DNA of 64,000 bases from NCBI GenBank assembly GCA_963796055.1, contig CAWCKH010000004.1:256001-320000 (forward strand), given 5' to 3'. The notes beneath the pieces were generated by a model. That model searched no databases. It saw only the letters and a list, made by a program, of their open reading frames with translations, and was not told where the DNA came from. The stretch comes from an uncultured delta proteobacterium (GTDB taxonomy: Bacteria > Myxococcota > Myxococcia > Myxococcales > Myxococcaceae). Of this stretch, positions 39,396 to 49,634 are shown one piece after another (position 1 is the stretch's first letter; each line of letters opens with the position of its first letter). The position numbers were made by a program, and so were the translations under genes.

Positions 39396-40154
39396 TCATG
39401 TCGCGGAGCCGGATGGCATCGCAGCGGCCATCGCGGCGATTTGCCGCTCCGAGGTCTTCGGCGCCGACATGAACTGTCGGCCAAAATCCACCGAGAACGG
39501 GTCCGGGAAGATGTCCTCCTGCCCGGCCTCGATGCCGTCGAGGATCGCGGACGCCACGTCACGCGGCGAGGCCTTCTGGAACGGAAGCCCACGGCTCATG
39601 TCGGTGTCGACAGGGCCCGCGTAGACGCCGAAGACCGAGGTGCCCTGCCGCGCGAGGAGGTTACGCGCGGCCTGGGTCAGCGAATGGAGCGCGGCCTTCG
39701 AGGCGCTGTAGGTCGGGACAAAGGGGAGACCGGTCAGGCCGGCTGCCGAGCCGACGTTGACCACCGCACCCCCTCCGTTCCTGGCCAGCGTCGGCGCCAG
39801 GCGGTGGAGCAGCTGCAGAGGCCCGAAGTAGTTCACCTCCATCTCGCGTCGCGCCTGGTCGAGGACCGCTGAATCCGCGATTCCTGTATTGAGCACCACG
39901 CCGGCGTTGTTGAAGAGAAGGTCGACGTCCGGCGCCGTCTTCACCGCCGCGCGGATCTGGTCCGCGTCGGTCACGTCCAGCCGAAGTGCCACGAGCCGCT
40001 TGTCACGGAGGTCGCGCAGCGCCTCTGGATTGCGCGCCGTGGCGTAGACCTTCTTCACACCCCGGGCCAGGAGCGCTTCCACCAGTGCTCGCCCGATGCC
40101 CCGGTTGGCACCAGTCACCAGGGCGACAGCTCCTTCGATTCTCTGTGCTTTCAT
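39396..40154 (-). CDS. SDR oxidoreductase
   Basis: 'VTGANRGIG', 'NNAG', 'YSASK'. Confidence 0.93.
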   Translation of the reverse strand: MKAQRIEGAVALVTGANRGIGRALVEALLARGVKKVYATARNPEALRDLRDKRLVALRLDVTDADQIRAAVKTAPDVDLLFNNAGVVLNTGIADSAVLDQARREMEVNYFGPLQLLHRLAPTLARNGGGAVVNVGSAAGLTGLPFVPTYSASKAALHSLTQAARNLLARQGTSVFGVYAGPVDTDMSRGLPFQKASPRDVASAILDGIEAGQEDIFPDPFSVDFGRQFMSAPKTSERQIAAMAAAMPSGSAT

Positions 40155-40242
40155 CGTCTTTCCTCTCATGCTCGGTTGACCACGAGACCGATCTAGCGAC
40201 GGGGCACGGGACGACGGGAGTTACAAGTGTGACGGGATTCCG

Positions 40243-41463
40243 ATGGACTCGCTGATCACTGCCGCCGCGCGTGCTCTCGGGGCAGGCGATCCGCTCGGGG
40301 CACTGAAGCGAGTTGCCCTGCGCGACGACCCTCCGGCGCTCGCGCTTCGAGGCATCGCCATGGCGCAGCTCGGCGATCTCGTTCGAGCGAGGGCGCTTCT
40401 GCGACGTGCGGCACGTGCCTTCGGACCAAGAGAGCCCGTGGCCCGGGCGAGGTGCGTCGTTGCCGAGGCCGAGGTCGCGCTGGTCTCACGGGACCTGGGC
40501 TGGCCGGCGAAGGCGCTCGACGCGGCACGGGCGACGCTCGAGGAGCACGGTGACCAGGCGAACGCCGCGCACGCGCGGACACTCGAGGTCCGCCGGCTCC
40601 TCCTGATCGGACGTATCGACCAGGCCGAACGGATGCTGGCCGAGCTCGACCCCGCGCCCTTCCCTCCCGCATCGAGAGCCATCCACGAGCTGGTGGCCGC
40701 GGGGCTCGCGATGCGGCGCCTCCAGGCAAAGGCGGCGCGCGCTGCGCTCGCTCGGGCCGAGAGTGCAGCCCGCCAGGCAGGGATCCCTGCGCTGACGGCC
40801 GAGGTCGAGAGCGCATTCCGCGCCCTGAACGCCCCCGCCGCACGCCTGATCGCGAGTGGCGAGGAGCGACTCCTCTTGCTCGATGACGTCGAGGCGTTGC
40901 TGGCGTCGAAGGCGCTCGTCGTGGACGGGTGCCGTCATGTCGTGCGTGAGGACGGTACCGTGGTCTCGCTCGCGAGGCGTCCGGTGTTGTTCGCGCTCGC
41001 ACGCGCGCTGGGCGAAGCGTGGCCAGCAGACGTGGCGAGGGACATGCTCGTCGCGCGCGCGTTCGGATCGAAGCTGGTCAATGAATCGCATCGTGCGCGG
41101 TTGCGCGTCGAGGTCGGGCGGCTTCGCACGGTGCTCCGGACACTGGGCGAGGTGAGCGCGACCAAGCGAGGGTTCGGGCTGACGCCGCGCCGCGCGCGCG
41201 AGGTCGTGGTGCTGGCGCTGCCCGTCGAGGAGGAGCACGCGGCGGTGCTCGCCTTCCTCGCCGACGGTGAATCGTGGTCGAGCTCTGCCCTCGGGATTGC
41301 GCTTGGAACGAGCCAGCGCACCGTGCAGCGGGCCCTCGACTCGCTTGCCGCAGCGGGCAAGGTGCAGTCGCTCGGTCGCGGGCGAGCGCGTCGCTGGACG
41401 ACCCCGCCTACCCCCGGATTAGCGACGACCTTGTTACTCCCTCCTCCTCTGCCGATTGGCTAG
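40243..41463 (+). CDS. TPR-like + HTH regulator typical of DUF899 loci
   Basis: MDSLITAAARALGAGDPLGALKRVALRDD; C-terminal HTH 'WSSSALGIALGTSQRTVQRAL'. Confidence 0.85.
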   Translation: MDSLITAAARALGAGDPLGALKRVALRDDPPALALRGIAMAQLGDLVRARALLRRAARAFGPREPVARARCVVAEAEVALVSRDLGWPAKALDAARATLEEHGDQANAAHARTLEVRRLLLIGRIDQAERMLAELDPAPFPPASRAIHELVAAGLAMRRLQAKAARAALARAESAARQAGIPALTAEVESAFRALNAPAARLIASGEERLLLLDDVEALLASKALVVDGCRHVVREDGTVVSLARRPVLFALARALGEAWPADVARDMLVARAFGSKLVNESHRARLRVEVGRLRTVLRTLGEVSATKRGFGLTPRRAREVVVLALPVEEEHAAVLAFLADGESWSSSALGIALGTSQRTVQRALDSLAAAGKVQSLGRGRARRWTTPPTPGLATTLLLPPPLPIG

Positions 41464-41472
41464 GTTGGACGC

Positions 41473-42186
41473 ATGCGTGGCTCGCAAGTCGAGATCGTCC
41501 GTGAGTATGGACCTTTCCCCGGCGTCGACCAGGTGCATGGAGTCACTTACGACGGTCAGAACGTCTGGTTTGCTGCTGGAGACACGCTCAACGCCCTCGA
41601 TCCCGCGAGCGGGAAGGCGCTGCGCTCGATCGATGTCGCCGCGCACGCAGGAACGGCCTTCGATGGCCAGCACCTGTTTCAGCTCGCCGAGGATCGCATC
41701 CAGAAGATCGATCCGAAGACCGGCCGCGTGCTCGGCACGATCCCGGCGCCCGGCGGCGGCGGTGACTCGGGGCTGGCGTGGGCCGAAGGGACGCTCTGGG
41801 TGGGGCAGTATCGGGCCCGGAAGATCCATCAGATCGACCCCGAGACAGGGGCAATTCTTCGCACCATCGAGTCCAACCGCTTCGTCACCGGGGTCACCTG
41901 GGTCGACGGAGAGCTCTGGCACGGCACCTGGGAAGGTGACGTGAGCGATCTGAGACGGGTCGACCCACGAACGGGAGAAGTCCTGGAGGCGCTCGACATG
42001 CCGCCCGGAGTGCACGTTTCGGGGCTCGAGTCCGATGGTGGGGATCGGTTCTTCTGCGGAGGAGAAAGGAGCGGGAAGGTGAGAGCGCTCCGCCGGCCCA
42101 GACGAGGCTCCGCGTCGGGCAGCGGCTCCGGGAGCCCCGTCGACTCGGGTCCGCCGCGCTCCGGTGGGCCCGCGTCGAAAGGCTGA
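41473..42186 (+). CDS. Glutamine cyclotransferase-like beta-propeller protein
   Basis: 'VHGVTYDG', 'AGTAFDG', 'DSGLAWAEG', 'VTGVTWVDG' blades. Confidence 0.8.
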   Translation: MRGSQVEIVREYGPFPGVDQVHGVTYDGQNVWFAAGDTLNALDPASGKALRSIDVAAHAGTAFDGQHLFQLAEDRIQKIDPKTGRVLGTIPAPGGGGDSGLAWAEGTLWVGQYRARKIHQIDPETGAILRTIESNRFVTGVTWVDGELWHGTWEGDVSDLRRVDPRTGEVLEALDMPPGVHVSGLESDGGDRFFCGGERSGKVRALRRPRRGSASGSGSGSPVDSGPPRSGGPASKG

Positions 42187-42308
42187 CTGCCTTCGCGCTC
42201 ATCGCTGGCCCGGTCCGCGCGCCGCGACTGGATCGTCCGAGGCGAGAGACGCCGGGCGGCCGCTCCGGGCCGCAGGGGCCTGGTACGGAAGTCGCACCAG
42301 CCGGCCCC

Positions 42309-43286
42309 ATGTTCCATCTCTTTCATCTCGGACCACTGGTCGTCGGTGAACGCCGACTGTGGCTCCTCTCCGGGGTCAACGAGGAGGGCGGGTACGTGCA
42401 TCCGGTCCTCGATCGGGACCTCGCGACGGGGCTCGGGGCCCTCGTCACGCGACACGGTGCGCAGAACCTCAGAGTCGAAACGGCGCTGACAGAGGTCGCA
42501 GCGCCGCTCGGGGTCCGTCCGGAGCCCTTGCCGGACCGCGCCCTGGTTCCGCGCGCCGTGCTCGCCTTCGCCTTCTCGAGCTCGCACCGGCTGTTCCGGA
42601 AGCCGAGCGCCGTCGCCTCGCTACTCGAGGCCTGCGCGTTCTTCGAGAAGACGGCGCCGTGGAGGCGTTTCCGGTCGGATGATGCCTTCGCGGTGATGAT
42701 GACCGAGGGGTGGAGGTGCTGGAAACGTGAGTTCGTCGTCCGCGGATCGGGCAACGCGCCCCGTGGACTCGAGCTCCACGAGAAGCCCGGCTTCGTCGCC
42801 TGGGTTCCGAAGGTCGACTCCCTGCTGCTCACCTTCGAGCCGGGGCCACACTGGGCAGCCGAGGCGGTTCGTACGGCATACGGGCTCGGCGAGTTCCCCA
42901 CGGTCATCCGCCTGAAGCCCGGCTCTCGACGCGGTCCCGAGGCCCTGGAGCTGCTCCAGCTCTCCGCTGCTCTCCGCTCGGCGGCGTTACTCGCGGATGA
43001 GCCCGCCATTCCCGAGCACGGTGCGCATGTGGAGCTCTCCGCAGATGGGTACGAGCTCATCGCCATGGCCACGCCGCCCGAACGCCTCTCCGAGGAGACG
43101 GCCAGCCATCCCGAGCCGCGGACTTCGCGCAACGCGCTCTGCCGCTGTGGCTCGGGCCTGAAGTTCGGGCGCGCGGGCCAGGGGCCGGCGCACTGGCTCG
43201 CACACCTGTCGCTCTCTTCGGCCGTAACGGCAGCCGCAACCGAGCGTCGAGCTCGTTTCCTGCGAGGCGACTCCGTCGATGTGTGA
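42309..43286 (+). CDS. Hypothetical protein with degenerate SEC-C-like motif
   Basis: 'SRNALCRCGSGLKF'; paralog at 29822. Confidence 0.65.
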   Translation: MFHLFHLGPLVVGERRLWLLSGVNEEGGYVHPVLDRDLATGLGALVTRHGAQNLRVETALTEVAAPLGVRPEPLPDRALVPRAVLAFAFSSSHRLFRKPSAVASLLEACAFFEKTAPWRRFRSDDAFAVMMTEGWRCWKREFVVRGSGNAPRGLELHEKPGFVAWVPKVDSLLLTFEPGPHWAAEAVRTAYGLGEFPTVIRLKPGSRRGPEALELLQLSAALRSAALLADEPAIPEHGAHVELSADGYELIAMATPPERLSEETASHPEPRTSRNALCRCGSGLKFGRAGQGPAHWLAHLSLSSAVTAAATERRARFLRGDSVDV

Positions 43287-43698
43287 TGTCGAATCGTACC
43301 GGCCACTTGCCGCGGCATCCGCTCTGCACTCCCGCCCGACGCCCGCCGTGGTGGCGATGGCGAGGAGCGAGCGATGCTGAACGGAAGCCTGTCGGACGAG
43401 ATTCGTGGTTGGAGGTGGGTGGTGCACTCCGTTCTGGAGAGCATCCTGATCGTCACCCTTCTCTGCGCCGCCGGACCCCTCACGCTGTTCTTGGTCAGTG
43501 TCGGCGCGGAGGTGCAGCCGCAGAGCCCGGCTGCCGAGACGAGCGTCGGGTGACGAGCTGCCAGGCTTCTTCGAAGGGGGGTACGCCGTGCCAGGGCATC
43601 ACCCGTATGACCCCATCCGACGCGCCGGACAGAGCAGAGAATTCACGGGTCAAGGCACCCGCTCCTCTCTGGCATCGAGCGTGCTTGCCTCCCCCGGG

Positions 43699-44211
43699 AT
43701 GTCGTGGAAGGCCCTCCTCCCAGCGCTTGCCTCACTCACCTTCGCGGTCGCCTGTGGCCCCCGGAGCGAGGGCGATGATCAGGCACCTCCGCGCGACATC
43801 GCCGAGTGGTGCGCCTTCCAGGGGATCCACCTCGGTGTCGAGCCGGGGGTGATCGCCGGCGGGACCAGCTGCGGGAGGGTGGCCACGATCCTGTCCGAGT
43901 ACCTCCAGGACTACGTGGCGAGCTGGGACGAGGTGCCGGCCCTCGCGGACTGGAAAGTCCGGGTGGTGAGCGAACGCCCCACCCAGGGTGCCGCCACCGG
44001 CAGCTTCTACGCGGGAGAGACCTTCTGGGGCAGCCGGACCATCGACCTCTACCAGGGCTCGCTCAGCGTTCTGCCCCACGAGGTCCGCCACGTCGCGCTG
44101 GGGCCTCCCTCCGCGGACCACCACGGCTGGTGCCCGTTCGGCGACTGGGAGGCCCGCGAAGGGATCCTCGAGGAACACGACTATCTCGGCTGTGCCCCTT
44201 CGAGGAACTGA
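43699..44211 (+). CDS. Lipoprotein with HExxH motif
   Basis: Lipobox 'FAVAC'; 'LPHEVRH'. Confidence 0.65.
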   Translation: MSWKALLPALASLTFAVACGPRSEGDDQAPPRDIAEWCAFQGIHLGVEPGVIAGGTSCGRVATILSEYLQDYVASWDEVPALADWKVRVVSERPTQGAATGSFYAGETFWGSRTIDLYQGSLSVLPHEVRHVALGPPSADHHGWCPFGDWEAREGILEEHDYLGCAPSRN

Positions 44212-44222
44212 GCCGGCGAGCG

Positions 44223-46730
44223 TCAGTGCATCGGCGGCGACGGAGGGAGCGGCGCCTCCGCGGTCCCGGGAGCGTGGGGGCGCTCCGCAGCGAAGACCTC
44301 CCGCAGCACGTCGTCTGCCGAGTCGGCGAGGATGAAGCGGATCTTCTCCTTCACCTCCTTCGGCACGTCCTCCAGGTCCGCCTCGTTCCTTCTCGGGAGG
44401 ATCACCCTCTCGATCCGCGCCCGGTAGGCGGCGAGCACCTTCTCCTTCACCCCCCCGATGGGGAGCACCTTGCCCCGGAGCGTGATCTCCCCCGTCATTG
44501 CGGTGTCATTCCTCACCGGAACCCCACGCGCCACCGACGCCACCGCGGAGAGCATCGCCACCCCGGCGGACGGGCCGTCCTTGGGAACGGCTCCGGCCGG
44601 GACGTGGATGTGCACCTGGTTCTTCTGGAAGACCTCCGGATCCACACCCAGCGCCTGGGCATTGGAGCGAACGAAGGTCACCGCCGCCTGCGCCGACTCG
44701 CGCATGACGTCACCCAGCATCCCCGTCAGGACCGGAGCTCCACCTTGCCCCGGAACCAGCGCCGCCTCCACGAAGAGGATCTCGCCCCCCACCGGCGTCC
44801 AGGCCAGCCCGGTCGCCACCCCGGGACGGTCCACCCGCTCGGCGACCTCGTTGAAGAACCGCGGCCTCCCCAGAAGGGTCGGGATCGTCTCCGCGGTGAC
44901 CCGGATGGGCCCGGGCTCTCCCTCGCCGATCCGGCGCGCCGCCTTGCGCGCCACCGCGGCCAGCTCCCGCTCCAGCTGGCGGACCCCGGCCTCGCGCGTG
45001 TAGTCGCTGATGATCCGCCGCAGCGCTCCGTCGTCGACCTCCAGCTCTCCGTCCCGGAGCCCGTGCGCCTTGATCTGCTTGGGGAGCAGGTACCGGCGCG
45101 CGATGTGGAGCTTCTCGGCCTCGGTGTACCCGGAGAGCGTGACCACCTCCATCCGGTCCAGCAGGGGCGCAGCGATGGTCTCGGTCGTGTTCGCGGTGCA
45201 GATGAACAGGATCTTCGACAGGTCGAACGGCACGCCGAGGTAGGTGTCGACGAAGGAATTGTTCTGTGCCGGATCGAGCACCTCCAGCAGCGCGGCCGCC
45301 GGATTTCCGTGGAAACTCGCTCCCAGCTTGTCCACCTCGTCGAGCATGAACACCGGGTCCATCGTCTCCGCACGGCGGAGCGCCTGGATCAGCCTGCCCG
45401 GCAGGGCGCCGACGTACGTCCGCCGGTGCCCCCGGATCTCCGCCTCGTCGTGCACTCCGCCCAGGCTGATGCGCAGGAACTTCCGGCCCATCGACCGGGC
45501 GATCGACTGACCCAGCGACGTCTTTCCCACGCCGGGCGGGCCGACGAAGCAGAGGATGGGCTCGCGGCGTGCCTCGTCCTCGGGCGTGACAGGCAGTGGC
45601 CCGGCGATCGCCGCATGCTCGGCCTCGCCTTCGCCGGTCAGCGACACCGGCGCGTGCCGCTCCTGTCGGAGCTTCCGCACCGCCAGGTAGTCGAGGATCC
45701 GCTCCTTGATCTTCTCCAGATCGTAGTGGTCCTCGTCGAGGATGGCCCGCGCCCGCGCGATGTCGATGGTGCCGCCGGTCTCCTTCCCCCAGGGCAGGGC
45801 GAGGAGCCAGTCGAGGTAGCCCCGCGCAATCCCGAACTCCGGCGACATGGGCGGGATCTGCTCCAGCCGGGCCAGCTCCCGCTCCGCCTCCCGCCGCGCC
45901 TCGGAGGACAGCGGCGTCTCCTCGATCCGCTTGCGGAGCTCGCCGATCTCCGAGCCCCCCTCCCCTTCCTCGCCCAGCTCGGTCTGGATCGAGCGCAGCT
46001 GCTCGCGCAGCAGGTGCTCGCGCTGCTGCTTCGTCATCCGCTTCTGGGTCCGGGTCGAGACTTCCTGCTCGAGCTTGCGCACGGCGAGCTCGTGCTCGAG
46101 CAGCTCGACCAGTCGGCGAAGCTTGGCCTCCACCGGGTCGAGCTCGAGGATCTCCTGGCGCGCCGGCCGGGGCAGCGTGGCGGTGGAGGCGATCAGGTAC
46201 GCCAGCTGCCTGGGGTCGTTGAGCCCCTCGGCGACCACCAGGACCTGCTCGGGCAGCGCCCGGCCCAGCTCTCCGATCTCCCGGAAGAGCACGCGGAGGC
46301 GCCGGACGAGCGCCTCGGTCTCCACCCCGCTGCTGGGCTGATCGGGCACCCGCTCGGTCTCGGCGATGAAGTAGGGCTCGGTCTGGGGGAAGCGCTTGAT
46401 CCGGAGGCGCTCCAGCCCCTGGAGCACGATCAGGATCGGTCCGTCGGGCGCGCGCTGGAACTGGCCGATCGCCGTCGCGCACCCCATCGAGTACACATCC
46501 CCCGGTGTGAGAGGGGTGGCTGCCCCTTCCCGCTGCGCCACCGCGCAGAGGAACCGATGGGTGCGCATCGCGTCCTCGACTGCACGGATCGCCCGTTCGT
46601 CCTGGATGACGACCGGGGCCACCGACATCGGGTACATCACCCCTTCGCGCAGCGGGAGCAGGGGAAGAATCGGAGGGATCTCGATCTCCGACGGCGCACC
46701 TTCCGGGCGTTCCGCGGTGTCGGGACTCAT
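44223..46730 (-). CDS. lon: ATP-dependent Lon protease
   Basis: LON N-domain, Walker A 'GPPGVGKT', 'PKDGPSAG', 'GGVKEK'. Confidence 0.97.
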   Translation of the reverse strand: MSPDTAERPEGAPSEIEIPPILPLLPLREGVMYPMSVAPVVIQDERAIRAVEDAMRTHRFLCAVAQREGAATPLTPGDVYSMGCATAIGQFQRAPDGPILIVLQGLERLRIKRFPQTEPYFIAETERVPDQPSSGVETEALVRRLRVLFREIGELGRALPEQVLVVAEGLNDPRQLAYLIASTATLPRPARQEILELDPVEAKLRRLVELLEHELAVRKLEQEVSTRTQKRMTKQQREHLLREQLRSIQTELGEEGEGGSEIGELRKRIEETPLSSEARREAERELARLEQIPPMSPEFGIARGYLDWLLALPWGKETGGTIDIARARAILDEDHYDLEKIKERILDYLAVRKLRQERHAPVSLTGEGEAEHAAIAGPLPVTPEDEARREPILCFVGPPGVGKTSLGQSIARSMGRKFLRISLGGVHDEAEIRGHRRTYVGALPGRLIQALRRAETMDPVFMLDEVDKLGASFHGNPAAALLEVLDPAQNNSFVDTYLGVPFDLSKILFICTANTTETIAAPLLDRMEVVTLSGYTEAEKLHIARRYLLPKQIKAHGLRDGELEVDDGALRRIISDYTREAGVRQLERELAAVARKAARRIGEGEPGPIRVTAETIPTLLGRPRFFNEVAERVDRPGVATGLAWTPVGGEILFVEAALVPGQGGAPVLTGMLGDVMRESAQAAVTFVRSNAQALGVDPEVFQKNQVHIHVPAGAVPKDGPSAGVAMLSAVASVARGVPVRNDTAMTGEITLRGKVLPIGGVKEKVLAAYRARIERVILPRRNEADLEDVPKEVKEKIRFILADSADDVLREVFAAERPHAPGTAEAPLPPSPPMH

Positions 46731-47149
46731 CGCCGGCTCTCCTTCGTCTTCGGCAGACGGATCCGGAGGATTCCGTCCTGGTACTGCACGACGACGCGGT
46801 CCACATCGATGGACCCGGGGCCGTGGGGAATGTGCGCCGCGGCGTGGAACCGGCCGTGCCGGATCTCGGCCCGGTGCATTCGCGCCCCGTCGCCGGGCAC
46901 TCGCCACGGCCGCTCGCCTTGCACGATCAGGTGTTCGGGGTACAGCACGACCTCGAACTCGTCCTCGCGGAGACCGGCGATCTCCAGGGTGACGACGAAC
47001 TCCGAGGTGGTCTCGACCACGTCGGTCGGCGGGCTCCACTCCGGGCGGGTCACGATCCCCGGGAGCCACCCGAAGAGGCCGATTCCCGCCGGCAGCCCCG
47101 ACGACACCACGCGCTCGTAGTGGATGTGCAACCGACGAAGGCGCGCCAA
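46727..47149 (-). CDS. Hsp20/alpha-crystallin protein (start TTG 47149 or ATG 47191)
   Basis: 'WSPPTDVVET', 'EIRHGRF', 'YQDGILRIRLPK'; ATGA overlap with lon. Confidence 0.9.
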   Translation of the reverse strand: MARLRRLHIHYERVVSSGLPAGIGLFGWLPGIVTRPEWSPPTDVVETTSEFVVTLEIAGLREDEFEVVLYPEHLIVQGERPWRVPGDGARMHRAEIRHGRFHAAAHIPHGPGSIDVDRVVVQYQDGILRIRLPKTKESRR

Positions 47150-47263
47150 GGGAACCTCTGAGCTTCTCGATCCAGACCTCACCGACCGCATAGTCCGGCG
47201 GCCGACTCTCCCGCCATGCCTCGACGACCGGTCAGCGCCGACCGTCGCCAGCAGAACAGACTC

Positions 47264-48997
47264 CTACCGGTCCAGCCCGAAGAAGCTCCGGAGGATCTTC
47301 ACCGGCACCGTCCCGTGGCCGATGAGCTCCTCGTTGAACGCCCGCTGATCGAACCGACCACGGGCCTTGACGTCGCGCTCCAGCGCCTCGACCTCGCTCA
47401 GCCCCAGGAAGTACTGACAGAGCTGGGTCGAGTCGAGCTTCGCGCGCAGCAGCTTCTTCTCCGCCAGCGTCTTCTCCTGGAATCCCTCCTCCTCCATGAA
47501 GCGCAGCGCCTCCTCGTCGGTCATCTCTCCACGCTGGAGCTTGATGTCGAGGATGGCGTTCGCGGCGACGACCATGCCGCTCCGGGCCTCTCTCAATGCG
47601 TAGCGGGCATTCTCCTTCCCACCGAGCCCTTCCTTGATCAGCAGCCGCTCCCCGTACACCGCCCACCCCTCCGCGAAGGCGCCGCTCCAGAGCGTGCTCC
47701 GGAGCGGGCTGGGATGCTGGCGCGCGTACCATGTCTGGGTGTGGTGGCCCGGGTAGGCCTCGTGGGCGGAGGTCATGGTGATCGCGTAGTAGTCGTTGGC
47801 GCGGAGGTAGCTCTCCACCTTCTCCGGCGGCCAGGAGGGATCCACCGGGTCCACGTAGAAGGTGCCGTCCCAGGCGCTGGAGGTATCCAGCATGCCGGGG
47901 GCGAGGTACTCGGCGCCGACCCCGCCCCGCTTGTATTCGGGCTCGGGCTCCACCCGGAGCGTCTCCGGCGGAGGCAGGGTGAGCAGGTTCTTCTCGGCGA
48001 TGAACGCGCGCAGGCTGTCGAGCTTGTCCGCGTGCGCCTGGACGAGCTTGTCGGCCGGTGGGTGGTTCTTGCTGATCTCCTCGAGCACGCGGCGGATCAC
48101 CTGCCCCTGGACTGCGCCGGGCGCGTTCTCCGCAGGCGGCGACTCCTTGGGCCAGAGCTCCCTGGAGAGGGTCCGGGCGATGGCATAGAGGTTTCCCCGC
48201 TCGAGCTCGAAGGACTTCTCGGCCGCGTTGAGGAGCTGCTCGGGAGTCATGTCCGTCTGCAGCGCGAGGGGGAACTTCTTTCCGTAGAGCGCCTTGCCGA
48301 GGCGCCAGTCGTGCGCCGCCTTCGCCGCCTGGAAAGTGGAGAGAAAGCGCTGATAGGACTCCAGCGCCTTGACCGCCGCGAGACGCGTCTTCTCCGCATC
48401 GGGATGCTTCGCGGTGAAGGCCTTCAGCTCGGTGTCGAAGAAGGAGATCCGGCCGGCGTTGTCCTTCACCGCCTGCTGGAGCCGGACTGGCTCGGGGGCG
48501 ACCAGCGACGCTTGTTTCACCGCGAGGTGATGGGGGAGCGCCGCGAGCTCCGCGGCCAGCCATCTGGCGCGCTGGTCCTCGGAGGCGAACGTTCCGTGGA
48601 TGAGCTCGCCCAGCCGGGAGGCGACGTACTCCCGTGGGTCGTAGAACGGGAAGGAGTCCTCGAGGCGCGGGTCCCACGTCCATTCGCGGAGATCCTCGAG
48701 GTAGAAGAGCTCGAGCGCGATCCCGTCCGAGAGGATGCGGGCATCCGCCCGATCGTCCGGGGACAGCTTCGCGAGATCGAGTGCCTTGACCTCCCTGGCG
48801 AGCGCGTGGAGCTCCTTGGTCCGCCGCTGGATGGCCGGGGGATCGATCTCCATGACCCGGCCGTCCTCACGGTGCACCCCCATGTACGTGGCCAGGTGGG
48901 GACGCGCCCGGAACAGGCCATCCAGGTAGCGGGTGCTCAGGGCCTGGACGGATGGGGTGGCGGCGAGGACGGCGGCCAGAATCGGCAGGGCAGACAT
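47264..48997 (-). CDS. DUF885 family secreted protein
   Basis: 'HEAYPGHHTQ', 'FAEGWAVY', 'QLCQYFLG'. Confidence 0.93.
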   Translation of the reverse strand: MSALPILAAVLAATPSVQALSTRYLDGLFRARPHLATYMGVHREDGRVMEIDPPAIQRRTKELHALAREVKALDLAKLSPDDRADARILSDGIALELFYLEDLREWTWDPRLEDSFPFYDPREYVASRLGELIHGTFASEDQRARWLAAELAALPHHLAVKQASLVAPEPVRLQQAVKDNAGRISFFDTELKAFTAKHPDAEKTRLAAVKALESYQRFLSTFQAAKAAHDWRLGKALYGKKFPLALQTDMTPEQLLNAAEKSFELERGNLYAIARTLSRELWPKESPPAENAPGAVQGQVIRRVLEEISKNHPPADKLVQAHADKLDSLRAFIAEKNLLTLPPPETLRVEPEPEYKRGGVGAEYLAPGMLDTSSAWDGTFYVDPVDPSWPPEKVESYLRANDYYAITMTSAHEAYPGHHTQTWYARQHPSPLRSTLWSGAFAEGWAVYGERLLIKEGLGGKENARYALREARSGMVVAANAILDIKLQRGEMTDEEALRFMEEEGFQEKTLAEKKLLRAKLDSTQLCQYFLGLSEVEALERDVKARGRFDQRAFNEELIGHGTVPVKILRSFFGLDR

Positions 48998-49082
48998 GGC
49001 GCGGAACGCTAGCAACGCAACCGCTCGCAGAATCAGCCCTTTCCGGGAATGGCTACCCTGGGCGAAGAAGGGGATCCAGGCG

Positions 49083-49109
49083 TGTCGATCCGGGCCGACC
49101 CCGTTCGTC
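49083..49109 (+). promoter_or_regulatory. ECF42-type promoter
   Basis: TGTCGA at 49083-49088, 17-bp spacer, CGTC at 49106-49109, upstream of yciI-ECF. Confidence 0.65.
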
Positions 49110-49180
49110 GCCATCTCAGAAGCAGGCGACCCGGCCGGTCCAGGTCGGCTCGGCCTCGCGACACCGAAAGGAGCACGACG

Positions 49181-49615
49181 ATGCGAGTCATGGTGATGGT
49201 CAAGGCGACGAAGAACTCCGAGGCTGGCGCTCTGCCGAGCGAGAAGGACTTCGCCGAGATGGGCAAGTTCAACGAGGAGCTGGTCAAGGCCGGGATCTTG
49301 CTGGCCGCCGACGGCCTCCACCCCAGCAGCAAGGGCAAGCGCGTGCGCTTCTCGGGCGGGAAGAAGACCGTCATCGACGGCCCATTCACCGAGACCAAGG
49401 AGCTCGTGGCCGGCTACTGGGTGTGGCAGGTCAAGTCGATGGACGAGGCGCTGGAGTGGGTGCGGCGCTGCCCCGATCCGATGCCCGGGGAGGAATCGGA
49501 GATCGAGATCCGGCCCGTCTTCGAGGCGGAGGACTTTGGTAAGGAGTTCACGCCAGAGCTCCGCGCGCAGGAAGAGCGCCTGCGTGCCGAGATCGAGCGG
49601 AAGCAGAAGAAGTGA
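49181..49615 (+). CDS. YciI/DGPF family protein
   Basis: 'VIDGPFTETKELVAGYW'. Confidence 0.95.
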   Translation: MRVMVMVKATKNSEAGALPSEKDFAEMGKFNEELVKAGILLAADGLHPSSKGKRVRFSGGKKTVIDGPFTETKELVAGYWVWQVKSMDEALEWVRRCPDPMPGEESEIEIRPVFEAEDFGKEFTPELRAQEERLRAEIERKQKK

Positions 49616-49634
49616 GACGGAACGGGCTTGGCTG

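Noticed and set aside
43806..47120. Very long antisense or off-frame ORFs (also 506-2320, 513-2324, 47216-49012, 56667-58928)
   Set aside because: Shadow ORFs of recognisable genes in high-GC DNA, with no motifs of their own.
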